A DNA stretch of 64,000 bases, taken from NCBI RefSeq assembly GCF_006345805.1, contig NC_043011.1:11904001-11968000 (forward strand). The letters run 5' to 3'. The notes beneath the pieces are model-generated. The model searched no databases, had not been told where the DNA came from, and saw only the letters and a program-made list of their open reading frames with translations. Position numbers and translations under genes: made by a program. Of this stretch, positions 24,591 through 38,129 are shown piece by piece (the first letter of the stretch is position 1; each line of letters begins with the position of its first letter). This stretch comes from Octopus sinensis. Taxonomy: Eukaryota.

Positions 24591-24899
24591 CTTTAGTTTC
24601 TACCCCGTCGGCGGGTTTAGTCCTCTCTATAAAGTTACCATAAAGTTATTTGCTCGTCAAAGTTGTCTGGTCTCGTACAACCTGCCTTCAAACACTACAG
24701 ACTCACTCGTCGCTCCTTCGCCTCTTTTAAAATTCATTTACTTGGGGGTGGGCAGTATGAATGTAAGAAATAGGAAGAATTTTGACTATTGAGGAAGATT
24801 GAGAAGAATTTTTTTAAATGTGAAGAAAAACACGAAGTGACAAGTTTAGCAAATAGTATATAAAAGAAAGCAATGAAAATGAGGGAATTAAGGTAAAAC

Positions 24900-24925
24900 A
24901 AGAAAGGTAAAACAAGAAAGAAAGT

Positions 24926-24973
<48 letters not shown>

Positions 24974-25422
24974 AAAAAAGAAAGAAAGTAAGAAAGAAAG
25001 AAAGAATGTAAGAAAGAAAAAAAGAAAGTAAGAAAGAAAGAAAGAAAGAAAGTAAGAAAGAAAAAAGAAAGTAAGAAAGAAAGTAAGAAAGAAAGAAAGA
25101 AAGAAAAAAGAAAGAAAGTAAGAAAGAAAGAAAGAAAGAAAGTAAGAAAGAAAGAAAGAAAGTAAGAAAGAAAGTAAGAAAGAAAGAAAGAAACAAAGAA
25201 AGAAAGAAAGAAAGGAAGGACAGAAGAAAGAAAGAAAGGAAGGAAGGAAGAAAGAAAGAAAGAAAGAAAGGAAGGAAGGAAGGAAGTAGTAGTAGTGGTG
25301 GTGGTGATGGTGGTGGTGGTGGTGGTGATGGTGGTGGTGGTGGTGGTGGTGGTAGTAGTGGTGGTGGTGGTGGTGGTGGTGGTGGTGGTGGTGGTGGTGG
25401 TGGTGGTGGTGGTGTTGGCGGC

Positions 25423-25468
<46 letters not shown>

Positions 25469-25470
25469 AC
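24900..25470. repeat. (GAAA)n then (GGT)n/(AGT)n microsatellites
   Basis: Direct inspection. Confidence 0.95.
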
Positions 25471-26529
25471 AGCAGCAGCAACTGGGACACTAGCTTTAGA
25501 GAAGTGAAGGGTTAGGAAGCCACTACCACTGAGGAAAAAACAGACCATGAGACAATGTTGTCAGCCATTTTTATATAAATATTTTGTTTTTACACATTTG
25601 CTTCTCTTCTTTTTTGTAACAAGACTAATGCCAACTATATTGTTATCTGGGGAAAATATAATCCGTCAAATGGCGGTTAATTGGAGGTCAATAAAATTTT
25701 TTTAAAAAGGATGAATCAAATCCGATTTGGATAAATTTGATGTTAACAACAACAACGACTGGGGCAATGATGACAATGGCGATCTGATGACGAGAACGTC
25801 GAACACTATAAAAAAAAAGTTTCAGTCATTTTTACAAATGGAGTTTTTATTAATATCATTCTCCCTCACTTCTGTTTCGTAGTTTCGCTGTTTCGATCTA
25901 CATTTGAAAGTTGTATGATATCGTTAATGCCCTTTGAAACAGCATCTTTTGAAACAAACAATATTCAATTAAATTTTATTCCTCCTGGAATGCTACATCA
26001 TTTCAGCTGGCGTCATTCTTTCAGTAATTCATATAAAATGTTCTGGCTTAATTAAGCATTTAGTAAGAATTCACGGCAGATTTAGTACTACAAAATTGAT
26101 TATCTTATAGCTGTGAGTTAAGCATATTTAGAGGAATATTGCTTTTCTATTTTAAAAGTCATCATCTTTTGGCAAATCTGTGGTATTCTTCTTACATATG
26201 TTTCAAAAAGAGTTTGTGAGTTAGATGTAACGGCTTTTAAATATGCTTGCTGTGAATCTTATATAGTGTTATAAGTGTTATTGCTAAAGCTATTCACGAT
26301 TTGTAAGCTAATTAAGCCAATTCTACATTTTGCAGAGTTCGTATCTACTTTCAAGTTCCTTTTGCAATATTTCATATGGTCCTCCGAGTTTACATTGGGG
26401 TTATGTATATTCCGCCTAATTCTTGAAGTAAAATTCAAACTTCATGCATTGTATTTATTTATAGTACATTTTGAATCTGTAATCTTATTATGTTTTATAA
26501 TAGTATATAATGTTTTACTTGTTTTTTAA

Positions 26530-26860
26530 AGCATTTACGAGATATTGATGCTTCACATATGGCCCGGTTTGAATTGAGGATGTTCTGAAGTACACTATTG
26601 ACATCTCCGGAATCGTGAAATTCAAACTAGTTCGAGCGTTGCAACTCAGTGCGGTAACAGTTCCAGTCTGCTTTCTTCAAGTCGAAGTAGTTTGGCGGTG
26701 GTGATGGCTTTTGTTTCAGAAACAGATTGGCAGCGATCATAAGCGTGACGACTTTGTACAAATTCGAATACAATGATAAGAAGAACGTAGTGTGTGGTAG
26801 CGAAGAAACATTTTTCACTGATGCATTTTGAAAATACTGAGAATGTGGTGAGGAAAGGGA
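26530..26860 (-). mobile_element. Possible ancient LINE fragment (APE-RT linker)
   Basis: Only the motif YFDLKKADWNCYRTEL supports this. Confidence 0.3.
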
Positions 26861-27180
26861 AGTGGAAACTTACGATGTAGGTGTGAATTTTTTTTTTTTT
26901 TATGGAATTAAAATGCTTGCTTCTTGATTTGTCGTGTGACTTGAGTTTAAACGAAGAACAAACTTCAGAGAAGAGGGAAGAGGATTTGAGGATATAATTA
27001 TATAGATATGTGACTAGCGGCAATAGGCACAGGCAGCGCATTTCAGTGTGTGTGTGCATGGGGTTACTGAAAATGATATAATGTGTGTGCAGATAAATAA
27101 GTGTAGAAATCAATGTACAGAAGTTTACAGAGGTTTCTGTTTGCGTAATGAAGTTAATTTTATGGATGTCTCTCTCTCGT

Positions 27181-27566
27181 TACTCTTTTACTCTTTTACT
27201 TGTTTCAGTCATCTGACTGCGGCCATGCTGGAGCACCGCCTTTAATCGAGCAACTCGACCCCGTGACTTATTCTTTTGTAAGCCCAGTACTTATTCTATC
27301 GGTCTCTTTTGCCGAACCGCTAAGTAACGGAGACATAAACACACCAGCATCGGTTATCAAGCAGGGGGACAAACACAGACACACAAACACACGCACGCAT
27401 ATATATATACATATATACGACGGGCTTCTTTCAGTTTCCGTCTACCAAATCCACTCACAAGGCTTTGGTCGGCCCGAGGCTATAGTAGAAGACACTTGCC
27501 CAAGGTACCACGCAGTGGGACTGAACCCGGGACCATGTGGTTGGTAAACAAGCCACTCCTGCGCCT
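27181..27566 (-). mobile_element. SINE S1
   Basis: Reverse complement of S1. Confidence 0.88.
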
Positions 27567-27994
27567 ATGTCTATAGAGATTGATAATGATCAAGTTCAGT
27601 GCAGGTTAAGAGGAATGAGGTGGTTACAAAAAAGAGAATTGCTTTATTTTATGTTTGTGACAGTATGGTAGACTGATGATTAGAAACTCTAAGAACCGAG
27701 AGAGGGTTCAGAAAAGAGAAAAAATTAAGGCAACGAGTCTGTTTTGAGTGTGGTGGAAAATGGTGTAGAGATGTTTACGGTCACGCTGACGGAGTCCCTT
27801 TTCCTCTACTGATAACAAATAACGAAGCTTGCATATAATGCTGTTAATGAGGTTACTATAACTTACACTAGCTGTCCCCATGGTAGTTTTCTTTTATTCT
27901 TTTTTTTTAGCCAACTTTGAGCACAGGAAAAATTTATAAAATACTTTAGAAAATTATCCAAATACATAAATTGTAACGGTGGTGATGATAGTGG

Positions 27995-28055
<61 letters not shown>

Positions 28056-28148
28056 TGTGTGTATGTGTGTGTGTATGTGTGTATGCGTTTGTATGTGTGT
28101 ATGCGTTTGTATGTGTGTGTATGTGTGTGCGTATGTGTGTGTATGTGT

Positions 28149-28184
<36 letters not shown>

Positions 28185-28724
28185 TCATATGAAAAAATAT
28201 CAAATTACCTGTTACCATGCAGTGGGCGACTTTCCTTTTAATTTTTATCCAATTATCTTGATATTCATCATATTAACTGTTGCATTATAAATCCATATTT
28301 GGCAATCGTTATGGAAACTAATTAGAGATGATCATTTAGCTAATTAGAGAGGATCATATCTACGGGTGAATTATTTGTTAGTCTGTATAGTTATATGTCT
28401 GTCTACATCATAATTTTATTCAAATTTAGCTTCACAGAAAAAGATAACACGTGCGATTAAACCGGATAGCAAATTTTCACCTCTGCTTGCCAAAAACAAT
28501 CTAATAACAATTTTTCCCATTTCTATGTTCGGCTTAATATGCTGGAAACATATAGTTTGTTCGCATTAAATATGATTTCACACATAGAACTATTGGAAAG
28601 TGTTATTTTTCCCTACATGTAACAAACATAAAGTTGATAGAATAACTTCTGGCATCTTATTCTTTCTACCATAGAAATTATTCTATTTCCATTACCATTC
28701 TATGAGAACATCACTACTAACAAC

Positions 28725-29107
28725 TGTGGAGGCGCAATGGCCCAGTGGTTAGGGCAGCGGACTCGCGGTCATAGGATCGCGGTTTCGATTCCCAGACCGG
28801 GCGTTGTGAGTGTTTATTGAGCGAAAACACCTAAAGCTCCACGAAGCTCCGGCAGGGATGGTGGTGATCCCTGCTGTACTCTTTCACCACAACTTTCTCT
28901 CACTCTTACTTCCTATTTCTGTTGTACCTGTATTTCAAAGGGCCGGCCTTGTCACTCTCTGTGTCACGCTGAATATCCCCGAGAACTATGTTAAGGGTAC
29001 ACGTGTCTGTGGAGTGCTCAGCCACTTACGCGTTAATTTCACGAGCAGGCTGTTCCGTTGATCGGATCTATCGGAATCCTCGTCGTCGTAACCGACGGAG
29101 TGCTTCC
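28725..29107 (+). mobile_element. tRNA-derived SINE family S3
   Basis: A-box TGGCCCAGTGGTTAGG and B-box-like GGTTTCGATTCCC; TSD ACTAACAAC; same family at 30285 and 63665. Confidence 0.85.
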
Positions 29108-29473
29108 ACTAACAACTAAAATAACAACAAGAAAAATAAGCTTAGTGTAAGAACGTGAGTGCATACAGATGGTGAAAATCTTGAAAGCATTCTCGTGTAG
29201 CTGAAGTCGAACGTTACCATTAAAACATTAATATCACATTTCCTGCTTTGTCTCTTACATTTTTATCTCACCTTCGGGATTGTCTGCTACAAAACAAATA
29301 GCAATAACTGTAGATACAACTATGATGATAATCTGCGGAAAAGAAACAAAACTAAAACAACAGATAACTTCCCTGTAAAAGGAGTTTAATCATGTAAGAA
29401 AAATTAGGAATGTAGAATAAGTCACAAAACAAATGAAGTTATCCATGAAATAAAAGAAAATTTGAACCACCAT

Positions 29474-29520
<47 letters not shown>

Positions 29521-29523
<3 letters not shown>

Positions 29524-29710
29524 TCTTTTACTTGTTTCAGTCATTTGACTGCGGCCATGCTGGAGCACTGCCTTTTTTAATCCAGCAACTCAGTACTTAT
29601 TCTATCGGTCTCTTTTGCTGAACCGCTAAGTGACGGGGACGTAAACACACCAGCATCGGTTGCCAAGCAATGCTAGGGAGACAAACACAGACACACAAAC
29701 ACACACACAT

Positions 29711-29789
<79 letters not shown>

Positions 29790-29955
29790 TACGACGGGCT
29801 TCTTTCAGTTTCCGTCTACCAAATCCACTCACAAGGCTTTGGTCGGTCCGAGGCTATAGTAGAAGAAACTTGCCCAAGGTGCCACGCAGTGGGACTGAAC
29901 CTGGAACCATGTGGTTTGTAAACAAGCTACTTACCACACAGCCACTCCTGCGCCT
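29521..29955 (-). mobile_element. SINE S1
   Basis: Reverse complement of S1. Confidence 0.88.
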
Positions 29956-30284
29956 ATGTTATGCTTTAGAATGGCCTTAATTGAGATGACTAAGACAAAC
30001 TAAAGAACTATGATGGGGAAAGACAGCCGAAGAATTAATAATCTTCATAAAAGGAAAACAAATGAAGCTGACAAAATCCAACATCCCTTACACAGAAACG
30101 GTTGAATGTTTTAATAAAAGCTGAGACTCAGCTCAACCTAATGAAGACAAAACTTCTGTATTGAAAATTGTTGCAAAAGTGACTCGTGTGACAGTAAAGG
30201 ATGGCTATAAATATATATTAAGAGACTGCTGGTAGAAAATTAAGAAACTTCATACTGTGTAATACAATTGCAATCGAGTATATT

Positions 30285-30545
30285 AGCGAAGGCACATGGC
30301 CTAGTGGTTAGAGCAGTGGACATGCGGTTGAGGGATCGCCGGTTCCAATCTCAGACTGGGCAATGTGTGTGTTTATGAGCGAAAACACCTAAGCTCCGTG
30401 TGGCTCCAGCTGATGGTAATGGCGAACTCCTGCTGACTCGCCACAACTTTCTCTCACTCTTTCCTCCTGCATCTTGCAGCTCACCTGCAACAGACTGGCG
30501 TCCCATCCAGGTGGGGAACCTATACGCCAAGAAACCAAGTAAATA
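30285..30545 (+). mobile_element. Diverged SINE related to S3 with a different tail
   Basis: Shared tRNA head and GAGCGAAAACACCTAAGCTCC core. Confidence 0.7.
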
Positions 30546-30974
30546 TAGGTTCAAGAAAACTGTCATATCTTATACAGAACACACATAAACTTAAGTAAAT
30601 TTAGATAGCTTTCAACTAGTATAGGTTAAAAGTATGGCTAACTTAATGACACCCACCCCCTGGTAGGCGTTTTAAGATACATTTGGGGATGCGGTAGCCC
30701 ACACAAGAAACGTGTCGGTGGTGTGTCTGATATATGTCCAGATACCGTTTAATAGATATGGTATCATTCTCTTCTTTAATTTTGGAATGATATTAAATGG
30801 AGCAGGCCCAGTCTGGATAAAAGTGTTGTGTCACAATGTAGTTATGTGATGTGAGTTCGATTTTGGTAGAAGGCATGGATTCCTAGCCTTGGATGATATC
30901 ATACATGATGCTAACATCATTTGGTCAACGTTGATATGTTTTCACTTTGTCCAAATGATGCTGAGTTTAGAGCA

Positions 30975-32359
30975 GCGTTGGAGAGAGTGGGGAATTGAAA
31001 TGCCAAATGGGCAAACAATGAGAACAGTCGAGAATGGACAGTGGTATAAGTATTTGGGAATACTGGAAGCAGACGAAATATAAAATGAAGAAATGAAACA
31101 AATTTCCTGTAGGGAGTGCACAAGGTAAGTCAGAAAATTATTGCAGTCAAAGCTGAATTCAAAAAATCTTATAGAAGCAATAAATTCAAGAGCAGTACCC
31201 TTAATTAGATATGGAGTTGGAATTACAGGCTGGACCAAAAGCGATATAAAGAAACTTGACAGAAAAACTAGAAAGTTGTTCACAAGGTATGGAGTCCACC
31301 ATCCGAAAGCCGATATCAACTTCAGGAGAGACCAGGGTAAAAGTGGCTTAAAAGCAGGAGATGAATGTGTACAGATGGAAAGAAAAAGCCGAGTAGAGTA
31401 TTTACAGAGAAGTACAGAAAAACTACTGAAGACAATGAATAAAGAACAGGTGATGAAGCGCGTAATAGGAGAAAAAGACAAGAATGAAATGCAAAGAAAA
31501 CACGTCAGACAGATCGAAAAGAATCCTCTGCATGGCCAATTTTGGAGAGCTACTGAAGACCTATGTCGAACAAAATCCTGGGCTTGGTTAAAAAAGGGGC
31601 AATTAAAAAAAGAAACAGAGATCCTAATTGTAGCAGCCCAAGATCATGCGATAAAGACAAACAAATTTGAGAAAAATATATATATATATGGAGAGAATGT
31701 GTAAGAAAATTGTAGAGTCTGTGGAACTTGAAACGAGACAGTGGCACACATTGTGACAGAATGCCCCAACTTGGCACAGCAAGAATCTAAGAAATGGAGA
31801 CACGATCAGATTGTAAAAGTTTTACACTGGAAACTGTGCCAGAAATGGGGATTTGAAACTGGAAACACATAGTACAATCATCGAGTCAAAAGAGTACTAG
31901 AGCCGGAGAAATGTAAGATTTTGTGGGACTTTCCTATTCAAACGGATAAGAAGCTAGAAAATAATAGATCGAACATAATAATTATTTATAAGGAAAAGCG
32001 AAGTTGCTTACAAATCGACCCATCATGCCCGTTTGGTTCCAGGATTGTAAAGAAAGAGGAAGAAAAACGAAAAAATACAATCCCTTAAAGTTTGAAATAG
32101 GAAGAATTCGGAGTATGAGAACAATGAAGATCGTGCCTATAATAATTGGTACGTTGGGAAGAATAAGCAAAGATATAGAGAAATGGCTGAAGGAGATTGG
32201 AATAGAATGCCCGATAGAGCTCGTACAGAAGGTTTGTCTCTTAGGGAGAACAAGGATTATCAGGAGGGTTCTAAGCACTTGAAAGACTGCTGAAAACTTG
32301 TGGTTACAGGTAATAACCTGCTACCTACTTAAATACTACCAGGACTTGAGCCAAACCAA

Positions 32360-32398
<39 letters not shown>
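30975..32398 (+). mobile_element. R4/Dong-clade LINE (RLE type), 5'-truncated and degenerate, ending in (TAA)n
   Basis: YKYLGILE, KLNSKNLIEAIN..AVP.IRY, LHGQF, LKKETE.LIVAAQD, ETVAHIVTECP, KILWDFPIQTD, VPIIIGTLG; (AAT)n at 32360-32398. Confidence 0.9.
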
Positions 32399-32399
<1 letters not shown>

Positions 32400-32900
32400 T
32401 TGTGAAAGACCAAAACAATAAAGTCTGTTTATTGATTGGCATAATATCTCGGCAAAAGAATTTGATAAGCTCAGAAAATATAAAGATTTGCGAATAGAAA
32501 TCGAAAAGATGTGGTATCTCAAGACGATTATAGAACCAATGATTGTAGGAGCACTTGGAATGATAAAAAGAGGAACTGAAAATTATTTGATATTGACCCT
32601 GACTCACCATCCATGCAGGAAGTGCAAAAGATTGTCTTAACTGGTACGTCACATGTATTGAGAAGAGCATTGTCACCGTAAATTTTGTTCCCTTTTACCC
32701 CTTTATTTTCTTTGTTTACTTTTTCCTTTTTTTTTTCTATTTTCCTTTTTCTCTGTCTTTCTTCCCCTTTTTCACATGACCTTGTAAATGAAGAACCTGG
32801 TGTCTTTATTTTAATGGCCTACCAATGTATACAGTGAGTTTGTCTGCCCTAGGTGTCAGGAAGACACTCGGCAAGAAATGGAAATAGAATTGAAAGATTA
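32399..32900 (+). mobile_element. Second R4/Dong-clade 3' fragment (different family) directly after the TAA tract
   Basis: KEFDKLRKYKDLRIEIEKMW, IVGALGMI and QKIVLTGTSHVLRRALS match RLE C-terminal motifs. Confidence 0.8.
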
Positions 32901-32964
32901 TAATGATTATGATGATGAAGAGGAGGAGGGGGAGGAGGATCCTTTCTACTATAGGCCGAGCAAA

Positions 32965-33575
32965 ACAAAATGGGGTAATTCAACACAAGAGACAAGCGGG
33001 GCTTAGCTCAAAAATTCATGTATAAAATAAATTAAGAACAATTAACAACAATAAAATTCCTCAAAAACAGGAAATTCCACCCAGAGACAACCAAGGAACC
33101 CCTCACATCCTGGACACCTCGAACACCAAGGGCACCTCAAGCGGGCACCCATCTTCTCTTCATTCTCTCCTCGACTTCAGGGAAGTATCTGTCTTCAGTC
33201 CTTTCAACCTTGTCCACCACCCTACATCTGCGCTATAGCCTCCAGACAGAAGAAAACTGCCTTCACTTCCCGGCCAAAAGAAAACGGCACGACGATCTTC
33301 ACGATGGATTCGGCTCATAATCGGATCTGTCCTACACACGTCAACACCTGTTCGACAATGCTCCACAGGTCAGCGATGCATGCAGAATAATTTCGTCGTC
33401 CTGCGTACATCTCGAGCAGGTCAGTCTGACAGCACGTCTGTGCCTGTAGAGCGAATCTTGAACCGGCAGAACTCACCGGTAACACTGCCAGGCCTGATAA
33501 GGTCAAGGATTTCTGGAAATCATCCATAGGCACCGGCTCGAAAGTCCTCCTGAAAAGACCAGCTAATTGATAGTT
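32965..33575 (-). mobile_element. Diverged 3' fragment related to the GATA-associated Tx1 family
   Basis: PMDDFQKSL, ADLWSIVEQ and [12 protein letters not shown] are homologous to the ORF2 C-terminus at ~8100-8470. Confidence 0.75.
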
Positions 33576-34293
33576 ATTTCTTGTTTGGATACAGTTAATT
33601 TAAGAGAATATTTATTCAGTGAATGTTGACGAATGTAGCAAGATAGTTAAATTAGTCATTAAAAATCCGATTACAAATCATATTTTGAATGATGAAGCCC
33701 ATTTCTTGTGCACTTTCTCTGGTACCAGTATTCGGGATAATTTTCTGTCGAGTAGGTAAATTGTCTGCTGTTAAACAATACCTTCTCTAGTGATCATTTA
33801 GATTGCTTTCGGTCACAATGGACAGAAATGGATAACAATAATAGTTACACTAAGATCATCAGCTTGTTTTAGATCTAAAATCATTATATCTTTAATCTAG
33901 TAATAATTCTCTCTTCAATAAAATGAAAACTTTTATTTGAATTCAAAATTTCACAGAAAGTTCAAGCAATCAATGTTAAATCTTCTAACTCTGAACTTAT
34001 CATCAAAAGGTTCACTAATTAAATGTGCTGTTACCTTTCTTCAAGATAAACACCATTAAAGTTTTTGTAATTACTTTAATTACTGGGGTCAATTTCGATT
34101 AATTTAGTCTCTTTATGCAATTCATCTTTAATTAAGAAACTCAAAATATTTTCGTATTCTAATGATATCATTAAATACTGATTATGTAAACTTAAACCAT
34201 TGAAACTAAAATTCAACATTCGGTAAACTGCATGAGTTCTCTTGGCACTGTCAACTTTTGATTCACTTTGGAAGTAAAGAAAGCATGAAATTG

Positions 34294-35135
34294 GGATCTT
34301 TTCGGTTTGAACGGCAGTTTTTTCTAGCGGTGTCATATGAAATTGTCACCCATAATTATGACCTTAGTATCGATCTATTACATTTCAATCTGTTTTAGGT
34401 TTAGGGTTAGTTAGGGTTATGGTGGAGGGAAGGGTATCTTTTTTTCTTCACAAATGTAAATAAACTCAATCTGTTTCTTAAACGAGGGACATATTCATAC
34501 GGCACAGAATGCTTTTTACCTCAATACACGTCAGTGATTGGTTGAAATTAGAGAAATCGAAGAAAAAACAACAACAAATATCTTACAAACTATATAATTT
34601 TCTCAATAAAGCCTTGAGAAAAAGATGTTTTATAAACACATTCATCGGTATTTTACTCTCTTTTTACTCTTTTTACTTGTTTCAGTCATTTGACTGCGGC
34701 CATGCTGGAGCACCGCCTTTAGTCGAGCAAATCGACCCCGGGACTTATTCTTTGTAAGCCCAGTACTTATTCTATCGGTCTCTTTTGCTGAACCACTAAG
34801 TGACGGGGACGTAAACACACCAGCATCGGTTGTCAAGCAATGCTAGGGGGACAAACACAAACATACAGGCACACACACATATACATATATATACATATAT
34901 ACGACAGGCTTCTTTCAGTTTCCGTCTACCAAATCCACTCACAAGGCATTGGTCGGCCCGGGGCTATAGCAGTAGACACTTGCCCAAGATGCCACGCAGT
35001 GGGACTGAACCCGGAACCATGTGGTTGGTTAGCAAGCTACTTACCAAACAGCCACCCCTGCGCCTATATGAAGTTTAAATTTTTTTAGTTACCTAGAAAT
35101 TATGTTAAAAACTGCCGTTCAAACCGAAAAGATCC
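34294..35135 (+). mobile_element. MITE1 copy I containing a SINE S1 insertion
   Basis: 8-bp TSD TGAAATTG. Confidence 0.92.
34653..35065 (-). mobile_element. SINE S1 nested in MITE1 copy I
   Basis: Reverse complement of S1. Confidence 0.88.
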
Positions 35136-35709
35136 TGAAATTGTCCTAATGCCTATTATGAAATAACAATTATCATACGGTTCAGATCAAAAGCCATTCC
35201 ATTTTTGACCACTTAGTGAGATACTTCGATAATGATAGATTTTCTTCAGTCTTTCTTCAACTCCAAAGAGGAGATTTTTGGAAATTTATTCAAAATATTA
35301 TAACTTGATTTTTGGAGTAGGCATAACAGCTCGTTTCGCATTCAGACCGTGGTGGAGACGATTTCGTCGGTGGTTGGCCGGCTACTAGAGAAAACAAACG
35401 TAACCACTTTAGATGACTCAAGTCAGAAAAGTAAACAAATTTTTTTCGAAAGACCAGCGTATAACAAGTGCAGACTTCACATGTGCTATATTTTTAGAAT
35501 AAATGTGACGGAAATATAATAACTGAATTAAGTAGGAATAATGTAAAAAATATATATTGTGAGAGAAAGGTTCATGAAAATATTATACTAAGTATTATAG
35601 CTATAATCTTAAAAATAATAATAGCAATAATGATATAGAACTACTTAGATGTCTTCAGAATTTCTTCTTAAATGTTTGATTGCGTAAACATGAGAAAACT
35701 GTGTAAAAG

Positions 35710-35990
35710 GGATCTTTTCAGTTTGAACGGCAGTTTTTAACACAATTTCTATGTAACTAAAAAATTTTAAACTTCGTATACTGGTAGAATGTGTTTATAA
35801 AACTTCTTTCTCTCTTGGGTTTATTGAGAAAATTCTATAGTTTGTAAGATATTTGTTGTTTTCTTCTTCAACTTCTGCAATTTCAACCAATCAATTACGT
35901 CTATTTGAGGTGAAAACATTCTGTGCCGTATGAATATGTCCCTCGTTTAAGAAACAGATTGGGTTTATTTACATTTGTGAAGAAAAAAAC
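35710..35990 (-). mobile_element. MITE1 copy J (truncated)
   Basis: One TIR; homology ends just before the TTAGGG block. Confidence 0.85.
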
Positions 35991-36263
35991 AATTTCTCGC
36001 CAGAAATAAAACTTACGATTGTTAACGATCTATAGCTTTTTTAATATTTTTTTTTATTTCACTAAATGTCTTTCGGCACTTGAACACAGGTGCGTGTAAA
36101 CACACAAATACACGGAAACACATAATATTAAGCATGCATATTATACATATTTTTATGCTTATCAAGCAAGAGAACACTCTGGAAGTCGTACTGGAAATCC
36201 ATAATACAAGTAATGAATCGCTGAAGCAAGAAAATAAATCCGAGAACCAACAAAGGAGGAGGA

Positions 36264-36264
<1 letters not shown>

Positions 36265-36300
<36 letters not shown>

Positions 36301-36442
36301 GTGGTGGTGATGGTGGTGGTGATGATGGTGGTGGTGGTGGTGGTGGTGGTGATGTTGATAATGATGATGACGATGATGATGACGATGATGATGATGGCGA
36401 TGGTGATGGTGATGGTGGTGGTGGTGGTGGTGGTGGTGGTGG

Positions 36443-36473
<31 letters not shown>

Positions 36474-36476
36474 AAG

Positions 36477-36507
<31 letters not shown>

Positions 36508-36515
36508 GGTGATGT

Positions 36516-36549
<34 letters not shown>

Positions 36550-36620
36550 GATGATGATGATGATGATGATGGTGGTAGTGGTGGTGGCAGCGGCTGGAGT
36601 GATGGTGGTGATGGGTGTGG
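36265..36620. repeat. (GAT)n/(GGT)n trinucleotide mosaic
   Basis: Direct inspection. Confidence 0.95.
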
Positions 36621-37445
36621 TCAAGAGAAGTGTGGAGATTATGAGAAACATGAGGTCAGAAAAAAGAGAATAGAGAAGACAGGAAATAAAAAAAATCAAA
36701 TGTCACTTGGATGGCGGATATACGTAGATTGCAAAAACAAAATAGAACAAAACCAAACAAATCAGACCCTGCGTAGCGCTTCTTTTGCCTTCTTCCTCCA
36801 AACTATTTAGAAGTCAGTTTTGACAGACTAAACTTATTTAAGTCTACAGCCGTCGCCATTGCCATGTAATGCAACAGATCGTATGTTGTATGTACATTTG
36901 ACCCTATGGTCATTATACCGTATTTCGTCTCATTTTCTTGCAACACCAAAACTATCATCACCATCCTTATTACAGCCAACACCAGCATCACTGCTAAGTC
37001 ATCTTAATGCTTCTGTCTCTTTAGTTTTGACGTTTGAACTAAGACGTTTCAAGCAGATTCGTTTCATAATTAAGTTGCTTCCTAATTTTCTTTGGTTTTT
37101 CTGTTTTATTTCCATTCGTTGTTTGTGTCATATTTTATACTCTTTTTACTTCCGCTATCTAGTTTAAGAAACATTCTACCGCAATAAAAGGTCACGTATC
37201 CCTAATTATACATTCATTACACACTGATTAGTGCATTTTTCTTCCCTAAATATTAGTATAACTAACTTACATTGATAGGTTTAGAAACAGGAAGGGTGAT
37301 ATCAGTAGTTATAACACTCATATTTTTTCAGCCGAATTTATGAAGAATAAGAAGTAGTAACACTTGTCATTTGGTACTAGGAATCAGTTTAGTATTTGTT
37401 ATGTACAATTCAACGACGTTATGGAGATTATATGTGTCTGCGTAT

Positions 37446-37676
37446 AAGGCGGCGAGCTGACAGAAACGTTAGCACGCCGGGCGAAATGCTTAGCGGTATT
37501 TCGTCTGCCGCTACGTTCTGAGTTCAAATTCCGCCGAGGTCGACTTTGCCTTTCATCCTTTCGGGGTCGATAAATTAAGTACCAGTTATGCACTGGGGTC
37601 GATATAATCGACTTAATCCGTCTGTCTGTCCTTGTTTGTTCCCTCTATGTTTAGCCCTTTGTGGGTAGTAAAGAAA
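37446..37676 (+). mobile_element. SINE S2
   Basis: Full S2 sequence. Confidence 0.88.
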
Positions 37677-38129
37677 TGTGTATGCGTATACATTTTTTCT
37701 CGTTCATTGTGACCACTGTATCGTTTGTCTCTTCCTACCTGTTACCCTCCCTGTTCTTGTTATTAACTCTCATTGTAACTAACTCTCTCTTCTCCATCTC
37801 TTATTTTCTTTCTGTTTCTTTCTCACACTTTCTCTCAATTTAAAAACGCCGTCTAGATTACGCAGGTCTCAACTGCTAGTAGCTGAGATACCAACTTTCT
37901 ACATTAATAACCCTTCAACCCATGTCAGCATGGAACGTAGACATTAAGTGAAATGTTAAAAGAAAGTTTTCAACTCATATATGTATATGAAGTAACTACA
38001 CGTAATTCAAAAACGTTTGGTGTAGCTTATTTCGTAACCAAAAAACAGGTACAGATTATAAACAGTGAAAGGCCGATTTTGGTGATTCATTTGACAGAGG
38101 TAGTAGAAAGCTAATCCGATGATAAATCT

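Noticed and set aside
25784-27700. Other CTGATGA words (25784, 27673) as hammerheads
   Set aside because: No compatible GAAA, stem III and NUH arrangement with a pairing stem I
28725-28800. SINE heads as tRNA genes (also S1 and S2 heads)
   Set aside because: No complete cloverleaf; they continue into multicopy SINE bodies
36022-36810. Poly-His / poly-Met-Val ORFs
   Set aside because: GAT/GGT trinucleotide mosaic with no flanking coding signal
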